From Eledone cirrhosa (taxonomy: Eukaryota), in assembly GCA_964016885.1 (NCBI GenBank), contig CAXHJY010000973.1:372001-436000 (forward strand): a stretch of 64,000 nucleotides of DNA, written 5' to 3'. Position 1 is the first letter of the stretch, and the number at the start of each line of letters is the position of its first letter. This document shows positions 34,201 to 49,200 of this stretch, in pieces. The translations under genes were made by a program, and so were the position numbers. The notes under the pieces were generated by a model, which saw only the letters and a list, made by a program, of their open reading frames with translations, searched no databases and was not told the DNA's origin.

Positions 34201-37200
34201 TAAAAGCTCCGTGGAAAAAACTCCCTGCATCAGTTGCTAGCAGTTGAGACACTGCATCTTTTAAAACCTCCATGGAACAAACTACCTGCATCAGTTGTTA
34301 GCTGTTGAGACGTTGCATCCTTTAAAACCTCTATGGAACAAACTACCTCATATCAGTTGTTAGCTGTTGAGACACTGCATCCTTTGAAACCTCCATGGAA
34401 CAAACAACCTGCATAAGTTGTTAGCTGTCGAGACACTGCATCCTTTAAAACCTCCATGGAACAAACTACCTGCATCAGTTGTTAGCTGTCGAGACACTGC
34501 ATCCTTTAAAACCTCCATGGAACAAATTACCTGCATCAGTTGTTAGCTGTCGAGACACTGCATCCTTTAAAACCTCCATGGAACAAACTACCAGCATCAG
34601 TTGTTAGCTGTCCAGACACTGCACCCTTTAAAACCTCCATGCAACAAACTACCTTCATCAGTTGTTAGCTGTCCAGAGACTGCATCCTTTAAAACCTCCA
34701 TGGAACAAACTACCAGCATCAGTTGTAAGCTGTCGAGACACTGCATCCTTTAAAACCTCCATGGAACAAATTACCTGCATCAGTTGTTAGCTGTCGAGAC
34801 ACTGCCTTCCTTTAAAACCTCCATGGAACAAACTACCTGCATCAGTTGTTAGCTGTCTAGACACTGCATCCTTTAAAACCTCCATGGAACAAACTACCTG
34901 CATCAGTTGTTAGCTGTCAAGACACTGCAGCCTTTAAAACCTCCATGGAACAAACTACCTTCATCAGTTGTTAGCTGTCGAGACACTGCATCCTTTAAAA
35001 CCTCCGTGGAAAAAACTCCCTGCATCAGTTGCTAGCAGTTGAGACACTGCATCTTTTAAAACCTCTATGGAACAAACTACCTCCATCAGTTGTTAGCTGT
35101 TGAGACACTGCATCCTTTAAAATCTCCATGGAACAAACTACCTGCATCAGTTGTTAGCTGTCCAGACACTGCATCCTTTAAAACCTCCATGGAACAAACT
35201 ACCTGCATCAGCTGTTAGCTGTCTAGACACTGCATCCTTTAAAACCTCCATGGAACAAACTACCTGCCTCAGTTGTTACCTGTCGATACACGGCATCATT
35301 TAAAACCTCCATGGAACAAACTACCTGCATCAGTTGTTAGCTGTCCAGACACTGCATCCTTTAAAACCTCCATGGAATAAACTATCTGCATCAGTTGTTA
35401 GCTGTCGATACACGGCATCATTTAAAACCTCCATGGAACAAACTACCTGCATCAGTTGTTAGCTGTCCAGACACTGCATCCTTTAAAACCTCCATGGAAC
35501 AAACTACCTGCATTAGTAGTTAGCTGTCAAGACACTGCATCCTTTAAAACCTCCATGGTACAAACTACCTGCATCAGTTGTTAGCTGTCAAGACACTGCA
35601 GCCTTTAAAATCTCCATGGAACAAACTACCTTCATCAGTTGTTAGCTGTCGAGACACTCCATCCTTTAAAACCTCCATGGAACAAACTACCAGCATCAGT
35701 TGTTAGCTGTCCAGACACTGCATCCTTTAAAACCTCCATGCAGCAAACTACCTTCATCAGTTGTTAGTTGTCCAGAGACTGCATCCTTTAAAACCTCCAT
35801 GGAACAAACTACCTGCATCAGTTGTAAGTTGTCGAGACACTGCATCCTTTAAAACCTCCATGGAACAAATTACCTGCATCAGTTGTTAGCTGTCGAGACA
35901 CTGCATCCTTTAAAACCTCCATGGAACAAACTACCAGAATCAGTTGTTAGCTGTCCAGACACTGCATCCTTTAAAACCTCCATGCAGCAAACTACCTTCA
36001 TCAGTTGTTAGTTGTCCAGAGACTGCATCCTTTAAAACCTCCATGGAACAAACTACCTGCATCAGTTGTAAGTTGTCGAGACACTGCATCCTTTAAAACC
36101 TCCATGGAACAAATTACCTGCATCAGTTGTTAGCTGTCGAGACACTGCATCCTTTAAAACCTTCATGGAACAAACTACCTCCATCAGTTCTTAGCTGTTG
36201 ACACGTTGCATCCTTTAAAACCACTATGGAACAAACTACCTGCATCAGTTGTTACCTGTTGGGGACACTGCATCCTTTAAAACCTCTATGGAACAAACTA
36301 CCTCCATCAGTTGTTAGCTGTTGAGACACTGCATCCTTTAAAACCTCCGTGGAAAAAACTCCCTGCATCAGTTGCTAGCAGTTGAGACACTGAATATTTT
36401 AAAACCTCCATGGAACAAACTACCTGCATCAGTTCTTAGCTGTTGACACGTTGCATCCTTTAAAACCTCTATGGAACAAACTACCTCCATCAGTTGTTAG
36501 CTGTTGAGACACTGCATCCTTTAAAACCTCCATGGAACAAACTACCTTCATCAGTTGTTACCTGTCGATACACGGCATCCTTTAAAACCTCCATGGAACA
36601 AACTACCTGCATCAGTTGTTAGCTGTTGAGACATTGCATCCTTTAAAACCTCTATGGAACAAACTACCTCCATCAGTTGTTAGCTGCTGAGACACTGCAT
36701 CCTTTAAAACCTCCATGGAACAAACTACCTTCATCAGTTGTTACCTGTCGATACACGGCATCCTTTAAAACCTCCATGGAACAAACTACCTGCATCAGTT
36801 GTTAGCTGTTGAGACATTGCATCCTTTAAAACGTCTATGGAACAAACTACCTCCATCAGTTGTTAGCTGTTGAGACATTGCATCCTTTAAAACCTCTATG
36901 GAACAAACTACCTCCATCAGTTGTTAGCTGTTGAGACACTGCATCCTTTAAAACCTCCATGGAACAAACTACCTGCATCAGTTGTTAGCTGTCCAGGCAC
37001 TGCATCCTTTAAAACCTCCATGGAACAAACTATCTGCATCAGTTGTTAGCTGTCAAGACACCGCATCCTTTAAAACCTCCATGGAACAAACTACCTGCAT
37101 CAGTTGTTAGCTGTCGAGATACTTCATCCTTTAAAACCTCCATGGAACAAACTACCTTCATTAGTAATTAGCTGTCAAGACACTGCATCCTTTAAAACCT

Positions 37201-40200
37201 CCATGGAACAAACTACCTGCATCAGTTGTTAGCTGTCAAGACACTGCAGCCTTTAAAATCTCCATGGAACAAACTACCTTCATCAGTTGTTAGCTGTTGA
37301 GACACTGCATCCTTTAAAACCTCCATGGAACAAACTACCAGCATCAGTTGTTAGCTGTCCAGACACTGTATCCTTTAAAACCTCCATGCAACAAACTACC
37401 TTCATCAGTTGTTAGTTGTCCAGAGACTGCATCCTTTAAAACGTCCATGGAACAAACTACCTGCATCAGTTGTAAGTTGTCGAGACACTGCATCCTTTAA
37501 AACCTCCATGGAACAAATTACCTGCATCAGTTGTTAGCTGTCGAGACACTGCATCCTTTAAAACCTCCCTGGAACAAACTACCTGCATCAGCTGTTAGCT
37601 GTCTAGACACTGCATCCTTTAAAACCTCCATGGAACAAACTATCTGCATCAGTTGTTAGCTGTCAAGACACCGCATCCTTTAAAACCTCCATGGAACAAA
37701 CTACCTGCATCAGTTGTTAGCTGTCGAGATACTTCATCCTTTAAAACCTCCATGGAACAAACTACCTTCATTAGTAATTAGCTGTCAAGACACTGCATCC
37801 TTTAAAACCTCCATGGAACAAACTACCTGCATCAGTTGTTAGCTGTCAAGACACTGCAGCCTTTAAAATCTCCATGGAACAAACTACCTTCATCAGTTGT
37901 TAGCTGTTGAGACACTGCATCCTTTAAAACCTCCATGGAACAAACTACCAGCATCAGTTGTTAGCTGTCCAGACACTGCATCCTTTAAAACCTCCATGGA
38001 ACAAACTACCTGCATCAGTTGTAAGTTGTCGAGACACTGCATCCTTTAAAACCTCCATGGAACAAATTACCTGCATCAGTTGTTAGCTGTCGAGACACTG
38101 CATCCTTTAAAACCTTCATGGAACAAACTACCTCCATCAGTTCTTAGCTGTTGACACGTTGCATCCTTTAAAACCACTATGGAACAAACTACCTGCATCA
38201 GTTGTTACCTGTTGGGGACACTGCATCCTTTAAAACCTCTATGGAACAAACTACCTCCATCAGTTGTTAGCTGTTGAGACACTGCATCCTTTAAAACCTC
38301 CGTGGAAAAAACTCCCTGCATCAGTTGCTAGCAGTTGAGACACTGAATATTTTAAAACCTCCATGGAACAAACTACCTGCATCAGTTCTTAGCTGTTGAC
38401 ACGTTGCATCCTTTAAAACCTCTATGGAACAAACTACCTCCATCAGTTGTTAGCTGTTGAGACACTGCATCCTTTAAAACCTCCATGGAACAAACTACCT
38501 TCATCAGTTGTTACCTGTCGATACACGGCATCCTTTAAAACCTCCATGGAACAAACTACCTGCATCAGTTGTTAGCTGTTGAGACATTGCATCCTTTAAA
38601 ACCTCTATGGAACAAACTACCTCCATCAGTTGTTAGCTGCTGAGACACTGCATCCTTTAAAACCTCCATGGAACAAACTACCTTCATCAGTTGTTACCTG
38701 TCGATACACGGCATCCTTTAAAACCTCCATGGAACAAACTACCTGCATCAGTTGTTAGCTGTTGAGACATTGCATCCTTTAAAACGTCTATGGAACAAAC
38801 TACCTCCATCAGTTGTTAGCTGTCAAGACACTGCATCCTTTAAAACCTCCATGGAACAAACTACCTGCATCAGTTGTTAGCTGTCAAGACACTGCAGCCT
38901 TTAAAATCTCCATGGAACAAACTACCTTCATCAGTTGTTAGCTGTTGAGACACTGCATCCTTTAAAACCTCCATGGAACAAACTACCAGCATCAGTTGTT
39001 AGCTGTCCAGACACTGTATCCTTTAAAACCTCCATGCAACAAACTACCTTCATCAGTTGTTAGTTGTCCAGAGACTGCATCCTTTAAAACGTCCATGGAA
39101 CAAACTACCTGCATCAGTTGTAAGTTGTCGAGACACTGCATCCTTTAAAACCTCCATGGAACAAATTACCTGCATCAGTTGTTAGCTGTCGAGACACTGC
39201 ATCCTTTAAAACCTCCCTGGAACAAACTACCTGCATCAGCTGTTAGCTGTCTAGACACTGCATCCTTTAAAACCTCCATGGAACAAACTATCTGCATCAG
39301 TTGTTAGCTGTCAAGACACCGCATCCTTTAAAACCTCCATGGAACAAACTACCTGCATCAGTTGTTAGCTGTCGAGATACTTCATCCTTTAAAACCTCCA
39401 TGGAACAAACTACCTTCATTAGTAATTAGCTGTCAAGACACTGCATCCTTTAAAACCTCCATGGAACAAACTACCTGCATCAGTTGTTAGCTGTCAAGAC
39501 ACTGCAGCCTTTAAAATCTCCATGGAACAAACTACCTTCATCAGTTGTTAGCTGTTGAGACACTGCATCCTTTAAAACCTCCATGGAACAAACTACCAGC
39601 ATCAGTTGTTAGCTGTCCAGACACTGCATCCTTTAAAACCTCCATGGAACAAACTACCTGCATCAGTTGTAAGTTGTCGAGACACTGCATCCTTTAAAAC
39701 CTCCATGGAACAAATTACCTGCATCAGTTGTTAGCTGTCGAGACACTGCATCCTTTAAAACCTTCATGGAACAAACTACCTCCATCAGTTCTTAGCTGTT
39801 GACACGTTGCATCCTTTAAAACCACTATGGAACAAACTACCTGCATCAGTTGTTACCTGTTGGGGACACTGCATCCTTTAAAACCTCTATGGAACAAACT
39901 ACCTCCATCAGTTGTTAGCTGTTGAGACACTGCATCCTTTAAAACCTCCGTGGAAAAAACTCCCTGCATCAGTTGCTAGCAGTTGAGACACTGAATATTT
40001 TAAAACCTCCATGGAACAAACTACCTGCATCAGTTCTTAGCTGTTGACACGTTGCATCCTTTAAAACCTCTATGGAACAAACTACCTCCATCAGTTGTTA
40101 GCTGTTGAGACACTGCATCCTTTAAAACCTCCATGGAACAAACTACCTTCATCAGTTGTTACCTGTCGATACACGGCATCCTTTAAAACCTCCATGGAAC

Positions 40201-43200
40201 AAACTACCTGCATCAGTTGTTAGCTGTTGAGACATTGCATCCTTTAAAACCTCTATGGAACAAACTACCTCCATCAGTTGTTAGCTGCTGAGACACTGCA
40301 TCCTTTAAAACCTCCATGGAACAAACTACCTTCATCAGTTGTTACCTGTCGATACACGGCATCCTTTAAAACCTCCATGGAACAAACTACCTGCATCAGT
40401 TGTTAGCTGTTGAGACATTGCATCCTTTAAAACGTCTATGGAACAAACTACCTCCATCAGTTGTTAGCTGTTGAGACATTGCATCCTTTAAAACCTCTAT
40501 GGAACAAACTACCTCCATCAGTTGTTAGCTGTTGAGACACTGCATCCTTTAAAACCTCCATGGAACAAACTACCTGCATCAGTTGTTAGCTGTCCAGGCA
40601 CTGCATCCTTTAAAACCTCCATGGAACAAACTATCTGCATCAGTTGTTAGCTGTCAAGACACCGCATCCTTTAAAACCTCCATGGAACAAACTACCTGCA
40701 TCAGTTGTTAGCTGTCGAGATACTTCATCCTTTAAAACCTCCATGGAACAAACTACCTTCATTAGTAATTAGCTGTCAAGACACTGCATCCTTTAAAACC
40801 TCCATGGAACAAACTACCTGCATCAGTTGTTAGCTGTCAAGACACTGCAGCCTTTAAAATCTCCATGGAACAAACTACCTTCATCAGTTGTTAGCTGTTG
40901 AGACACTGCATCCTTTAAAACCTCCATGGAACAAACTACCAGCATCAGTTGTTAGCTGTCCAGACACTGCATCCTTTAAAACCTCCATGCAACAAACTAC
41001 CTTCATCAGTTGTTAGTTGTCCAGAGACTGCATCCTTTAAAACGTCCATGGAACAAACTACCTGCATCAGTTGTAAGTTGTCGAGACACTGCATCCTTTA
41101 AAACCTCCATGGAACAAATTACCTGCATCAGTTGTTAGCTGTCGAGACACTGCATCCTTTAAAACCTCCCTGGAACAAACTACCTGCATCAGCTGTTAGC
41201 TGTCTAGACACTGCATCCTTTAAAACCTCCATGGAACAAACTATCTGCATCAGTTGTTAGCTGTCAAGACACCGCATCCTTTAAAACCTCCATGGAACAA
41301 ACTACCTGCATCAGTTGTTAGCTGTCGAGATACTTCATCCTTTAAAACCTCCATGGAACAAACTACCTTCATTAGTAATTAGCTGTCAAGACACTGCATC
41401 CTTTAAAACCTCCATGGAACAAACTACCTGCATCAGTTGTTAGCTGTCAAGACACTGCAGCCTTTAAAATCTCCATGGAACAAACTACCTTCATCAGTTG
41501 TTAGCTGTTGAGACACTGCATCCTTTAAAACCTCCATGGAACAAACTACCAGCATCAGTTGTTAGCTGTCCAGACACTGCATCCTTTAAAACCTCCATGC
41601 AACAAACTACCTTCATCAGTTGTTAGTTGTCCAGAGACTGCATCCTTTAAAACGTCCATGGAACAAACTACCTGCATCAGTTGTAAGTTGTCGAGACACT
41701 GCATCCTTTAAAACCTCCATGGAACAAATTACCTGCATCAGTTGTTAGCTGTCGAGACACTGCATCCTTTAAAACCTCCCTGGAACAAACTACCTGCATC
41801 AGCTGTTAGCTGTCTAGACACTGCATCCTTTAAAACCTCCATGGAACAAACTATCTGCATCAGTTGTTAGCTTCTGAGACACTGCATCCTTTAAAACCTC
41901 CATGGAACAAACTACCTGCATCAGTTGTTACCTGTCGATACACTGCATCCTTTAAAACCTCCATGGAACAAACTACCTGCATCAGTTATTAGCTGTTGAG
42001 ACATTGCATCCTTTAAAACCTCAATGGAACAAATTACCTCCATCAGTTGTTAGCTGTTGAGACACTGCATCCTTTAAAACCTCCATGGAACAAACTACCT
42101 GCATCAGTTGTTAGCTGTCCAGACACTGCATCCTTTAAAACCTCCATGGAACAAACTACCTGCATCAGCTGTTAGCTGTCTAGACACTGCATCCTTTAAA
42201 ACCTCCATGGAACAAACTACCTTCATCAGTTGTTAGCTGCTGAGACACTGCATCCTTTAAAACCGCCATGGAACAAACTACCTTCATCAGTTGTTAGCTG
42301 TTGAGACATAGCATCCATTAAAACCTCTCTGGAACAAACTACCTCCATCAGTTGTTAGCTGTTGAGACACTGCATCCTTTAAAACATCCATGGAACAAAC
42401 TACCTTCATCAGTTGTTAGCTGTCGAGACACTGCATCCTTTAAAACCTCCATGGAACAAACTACCTTCATCAGTTGTTAGCTGTTGAGACATTGCATCCT
42501 TTAAAACCTCTATGGAACAAACTACCTCCATCAGTTGTTAGCTGTTGAGACACTGCATCCTTTAAAACCTCCGTGGAAAAAACTCCCTGCATCAGTTGCT
42601 AGTAGTTGAGACACTGAATCTTTTAAAACCTCCATGGAACAAACTACCTGCATCAGTTGTTAGCTGCTGAGACACTGCATCCTTTAAAACCTCCATGGAA
42701 CAAACTACCTGCATCAGTTGTTAGCTGTTGAGACATTGCATCCTTTAAAACCTCTATGGAACAAACTACCTCCATCTTTTATTAGCTGTTGAGACACTGC
42801 ATCCTTTAAAACCTCCATGGAACAAACTACCTGCATCAGTTGTTAGCTGTTGAGACACTGCATCCTTTAAAACCTCCATGGAACAAACTACCTTCATCAG
42901 TTGTTAGCTGTTGAGACATTGCATCCTTTAAAACCTCTATGGAACAAACTACCTCCATCAGTTGTTAGCTGTTGAGACACTGCATCCTTTAAAACCTCCG
43001 TGGAAAAAACTCCCTGCATCAGTTGGTAGTAGTTGAGACACTGATTCTTTTAAAACCTCCATGGAACAAACTACCTGCATTAGTTCTTAGCTGTTGACAC
43101 GTTGCATCCTTTAAAACCTCTATGGAACAAACTACCTCCATCAGTTGTTAGCTGTTGAGACACTGCATCCTTTAAAACCTCCATGGAACAAACTACCTGC

Positions 43201-46200
43201 ATCAGTTGTTACCTGTTGAGACACTGCATCCTTTAAAACCTCCATGGAACAAACTATCTGCATCAGTTGTTAGCTGCTGAGACACTGCATGCTTTAAAAC
43301 CTCCATGGAACAAACTACCTGCATCAGTTGTTAGCTGTTGAGACATTGAATCCTTTAAAACCTCTATGGAACAAACTACCTCCATCGGTTGTTAGCTGTT
43401 GAGAAACTGCATCCTTTAAAACCCCCATGGAACAAACTACCTGCATCAGTTGTTAGCTGCTGAGACACTGCATCCTTTAAAACCTCCATGGAAAAAACTA
43501 CCTTCATCAGTTGTTAGCTGTCTAGAAACTGCATCCTTTAAAACCTCCATGGAACAAACTACCTTCATCAGTTGTTAGCTGTCGAGACAATGCATCCTTT
43601 AAAACCTCCATGGAACAAACTACCTGCATCAGTTGTTAGCTTTTGAGACATTGCATCCTTTAAAACCTCTATGGAACAAACTACCTCCATCAGTTGTTAG
43701 CTGTTGAGACACTGCCTCCTTTAAAACCTCCGTGGAAAAAACTCCCTGCATCAGTTGCTAGCAGTTGAGACACTGCATCTTTTAAAACCTCTATGGAACA
43801 AACTACCTCCATCAGTTGTTAGCTGTTGAGACACTGCATCCTTTAAAACCTCCATGGAACAAACTACCTGCATCAGTTGTTACCTGTTGAGACACTGCAT
43901 CCTTTAAAACCTCCATGGAACAAACTATCTGCATCAGTTGTTAGCTGCTGAGACACTGCATCCTTTAAAACCTCCATGGAACAAACTACCTTCATCAGTT
44001 GTTACCTCCGACACACTGCATCCTTTAAAACCTCCATGGAACAAACTACCTGCATCAGTTGTTAGCTGCTGAGACACTGCATCCTTTAAAACCTCCATGG
44101 AACAAACTACCTTCATCAGTTGTTACCAGCGACACACTGCATCCTTTAAAACCTCCATGGAAAAAACTACCTTCATCAGTTGTTAGCTGTCCAGAAACTG
44201 CATCTTTTAAAACCTCCATGGAACAAACTACCTTCATCAGTTGTTAGCTGTCGAGACACTGCATCCTTTAAAACCTCCATGGAACAAACTACCTGCATCA
44301 GTTGTTAGCTTTTGAGACATTGCATCCTTTAAAACCTCTATGGAACAAACTACCTCCATCAGTTGTTAGCTGTTGAGACACTGACTCTTTAAAACCTCCG
44401 TGGAAAAAACTCCCTGCATCAGTTGCTAGCAGTTGAGACACTGCATCTTTTAAAACCTCTATGGAACAAACTACCTCCATCAGTTGTTAGCTGTTGAGAC
44501 ACTGCATCCTTTAAAACCTCCATGGAACAAACTACCTGCATCAGTTGTTACCTGTTGAGACACTGCATCCTTTAAAACCTCCATGGAACAAACTATCTGC
44601 ATCAGTTGTTAGCTGCTGAGACACTGCATCCTTTAAAACCTCCATGGAACAAACTACCTTCATCAGTTGTTACCTGCGACACACTGCATCCTTTAAAACC
44701 TCCATGGAACAAACTACCTGCATCAGTTGTTAGCTGTTGAGACATTGCATCCTTTAAAACCTCTATGGAACAAACTACCTCCATCAGTTGTTAGCTGTTG
44801 AGACACTGCATCCTTTAAAACCTCCATGGAACAAACTACCTGCATCAGTTGTTAGCTGTCAAGACACTGCAGCCTTTAAAATCTCCATGGAACAAACTAC
44901 CTTCATCAGTTGTTAGCTGTTGAGACACTGCATCCTTTAAAACCTCCATGGAACAAACTACCAGCATCAGTTGTTAGCTGTCCAGACACTGCATCCTTTA
45001 AAACCTCCATGCAACAAACTACCTTCATCAGTTGTTAGTTGTCCAGAGACTGCATCCTTTAAAACGTCCATGGAACAAACTACCTGCATCAGTTGTAAGT
45101 TGTCGAGACACTGCATCCTTTAAAACCTCCATGGAACAAATTACCTGCATCAGTTGTTAGCTGTCGAGACACTGCATCCTTTAAAACCTCCATGGAACAA
45201 ACTATCTGCATCAGCTGTTAGCTGTCTAGACACTGCATCCTTTAAAACCTCCATGGAACAAACTATCTGCATCAGTTGTTAGCTTCTGAGACACTGCATC
45301 CTTTAAAACCTCCATGGAACAAACTACCTGCATCAGTTGTTACCTGTCGATACACTGCATCCTTTAAAACCTCCATGGAACAAACTACCTGCATCAGTTA
45401 TTAGATGTTGAGACATTGCATCCTTTAAAACCTCAATGGAACAAATTACCTCCATCAGTTGTTAGCTGTTGAGACACTGCATCCTTTAAAACCTCCATGG
45501 AACAAACTACCTGCATCAGTTGTTAGCTGTCCAGACACTGCATCCTTTAAAACCTCCATGGAACAAACTACCTGCATCAGCTGTTAGCTGTCTAGACACT
45601 GCATCCTTTAAAACCTCCATGGAACAAACTACCTTCATCAGTTGTTAGCTGCTGAGACACTGCATCCTTTAAAACCGCCATGGAACAAACTACCTTCATC
45701 AGTTGTTAGCTGTTGAGACATGGCATCCATTAAAACCTCTCTGGAACAAACTACCTCCATCAGTTGTTAGCTGTTGAGACACTGCATCCTTTAAAACATC
45801 CATGGAACAAACTACCTTCATCAGTTGTTAGCTGTCGAGACACTGCATCCTTTAAAACCTCCATGGAACAAACTACCTTCATCAGTTGTTAGCTGTTGAG
45901 ACATTGCATCCTTTAAAACCTCTATGGAACAAACTACCTCCATCAGTTGTTAGCTGTTGAGACACTGCATCCTTTAAAACCTCCGTGGAAAAAACTCCCT
46001 GCATCAGTTGCTAGTAGTTGAGACACTGAATCTTTTAAAACCTCCATGGAACAAACTACCTGCATCAGTTGTTAGCTGCTGAGACACTGCATCCTTTAAA
46101 ACCTCCATGGAACAAACTACCTGCATCAGTTGTTAGCTGTTGAGACATTGCATCCTTTAAAACCTCTATGGAACAAACTACCTCCATCTTTTATTAGCTG

Positions 46201-49200
46201 TTGAGACACTGCATCCTTTAAAACCTCCATGGAACAAACTACCTGCATCAGTTGTTAGCTGTTGAGACACTGCATCCTTTAAAACCTCCATGGAACAAAC
46301 TACCTTCATCAGTTGTTAGCTGTTGAGACATTGCATCCTTTAAAACCTCTATGGAACAAACTACCTCCATCAGTTGTTAGCTGTTGAGACACTGCATCCT
46401 TTAAAACCTCCGTGGAAAAAACTCCCTGCATCAGTTGGTAGTAGTTGAGACACTGATTCTTTTAAAACCTCCATGGAACAAACTACCTGCATTAGTTCTT
46501 AGCTGTTGACACGTTGCATCCTTTAAAACCTCTATGGAACAAACTACCTGCATCAGTTGTTACCTGTTGAGACACTGCATCCTTTAAAACCTCCATGGAA
46601 CAAACTATCTGCATCAGTTGTTAGCTGCTGAGACACTGCATCCTTTAAAACCTCCCTGGAACAAACTACCTGCATCAGTTGTTAGCTGTTGAGACATTGC
46701 ATCCTTTAAAACCTCTATGGAACAAACTACCTCCATCGGTTGTTAGCTGTTGAGAAACTGCATCCTTTAAAACCCCCATGGAACAAACTACCTGCATCAG
46801 TTGTTAGCTGCTGAGACACTGCATCCTTTAAAACCTCCATGGAAAAAACTACCTTCATCAGTTGTTAGCTGTCCAGAAACTGCATCCTTTAAAACCTCCA
46901 TGGAACAAACTACCTTCATCAGTTGTTAGCTGTCGAGACAATGCATCCTTTAAAACCTCCATGGAACAAACTACCTGCATCAGTTGTTAGCTTTTGAGAC
47001 ATTGCATCCTTTAAAACCTCTATGGAACAAACTACCTCCATCAGTTGTTAGCTGTTGAGACACTGCCTCCTTTAAAACCTCCGTGGAAAAAACTCCCTGC
47101 ATCAGTTGCTAGCAGTTGAGACACTGCATCTTTTAAAACCTCTATGGAACAAACTACCTCCATCAGTTGTTAGCTGTTGAGACACTGCATCCTTTAAAAC
47201 CTCCATGGAACAAACTACCTGCATCAGTTGTTACCTGTTGAGACACTGCATCCTTTAAAACCTCCATGGAACAAACTATCTGCATCAGTTGTTAGCTGCT
47301 GAGACACTGCATCCTTTAAAACCTCCATGGAACAAACTACCTTCATCAGTTGTTACCTCCGACACACTGCATCCTTTAAAACCTCCATGGAACAAACTAC
47401 CTGCATCAGTTGTTAGCTGCTGAGACACTGCATCCTTTAAAACCTCCATGGAACAAACTACCTTCATCAGTTGTTACCTCCGACACACTGCATCCTTTAA
47501 AACCTCCATGGAACAAACTACCTTCATCAGTTGTTAGCTGTCGAGACACTGCATCCTTTAAAACCTCCATGGAACAAACTACCTGCATCAGTTGTTAGCT
47601 TTTGAGACATTGCATCCTTTAAAACCTCTATGGAACAAACTACCTCCATCAGTTGTTAGCTGTTGAGACACTGCATCCTTTAAAACCTCCATGGAACAAA
47701 CTACCTGCATCAGTTGTTACCTGTTGAGACACTGCATCCTTTAGAACCTCCATGGAACAAACTATCTGCATCAGTTGTTAGCTGCTGAGACACTGCATCC
47801 TTTAAAACCTCCATGGAACAAACTACCTTCATCAGTTGTTACCTGCGACACACTGCATCCTTTAAAACCTCCATGGAACAAACTACCTGCATCAGTTGTT
47901 AGCTGTTGAGACATTGCATCCTTTAAAACCTCTATGGAACAAACTACCTCCATCAGTTGTTAGCTGTTGAGACACTGCATCCTTTAAAACCTCCATGGAA
48001 CAAACTACCTGCATCAGTTGTTACCTGTTGAGACACTGCATCCTTTAAAACCTCCATGGAACAAACTCCCTGCATCAGTTGTTAGCTGTCGAGACACTGC
48101 ATCCTTTAAAACCTCCATGGAACAAACTACCTGCATCAGTTGTTAGCTGTCCAGACACTGCATCCTTTAAAACCTCGATGGAACAAACTACCTTCATCAG
48201 TTGTTAGCTGCTGAGACACTGCATCCTTTAAAACCTCCATGGAACAAACTACCTTCATCAGTTGTTAGCTGTAGAGACACTGCATCCTTTAAAACCTCCA
48301 TGGAACAAACTACCTTCATCAGTTGTTAGCTGCTGACACACTGCATCCTTTAAAACCGCCATGGAACAAACTACCTACATCAGTTGTTAGCTGTTGAGAC
48401 ATGGCATCCATTAAAACCTCTCTGGAACAAACTACCTCCATCAGTTGTTAGCTGTTGAGACACTGCATCCTTTAAAACCTCCCTGGAACAAACTACCTTC
48501 ATCAGTTGTTAGCTGTCGAGACACTGCATCCTTTAAAACCTCCATGGAACAAACTAACTGCATCAGTTGTTAGCTGTTGAGACATTGCATCCTTTAAAAC
48601 CTCTATGGAACAAACTACCTCCATCAGTTGTTAGCTGTTGAGACACTGCATCCTTTAAAACCTCCGTGGAAAAAACTCCCTGCATCAGTTGCTAGTAGTT
48701 GAGACACTGAATCTTTTAAAACCTCCATGGAACAAACTACCTGCATCAGTTCTTAGCTGTTGACACGTTGCATCCTTTAAAACTTCTATGGAACAAACTA
48801 CCTCCATCAGTTGTTAGCTGTTGAGACACTGCATCCTTTAAAACCTCCATGGAACAAACTACCTGCATCAGTTGTTAGCTGTTGAGACATTGCATCCTTT
48901 AAAACCTCTATGGAACAAACTACCTCCATCAGTTGTTAGCTGTTGAGACACTGCATCCTTTAAAACCTCCATGGAACAAACTACCTGCATCAGTTGTTAG
49001 CTGCTGAGACACTGCATCCTTTAAAACCTCCATGGAAAAAACTACCTTCATCAGTTGTTAGCTGTCCAGAGACTGCATCCTTTAAAACCTCCATGGAACA
49101 AACTACCTACATCAGTTGTTAGCTGTCGAGACACTGCATCCTTTAAAACCTCCATGGAACAAACTACCTGCATCAGTTGTTAGCTGTTGAGACATTGCAT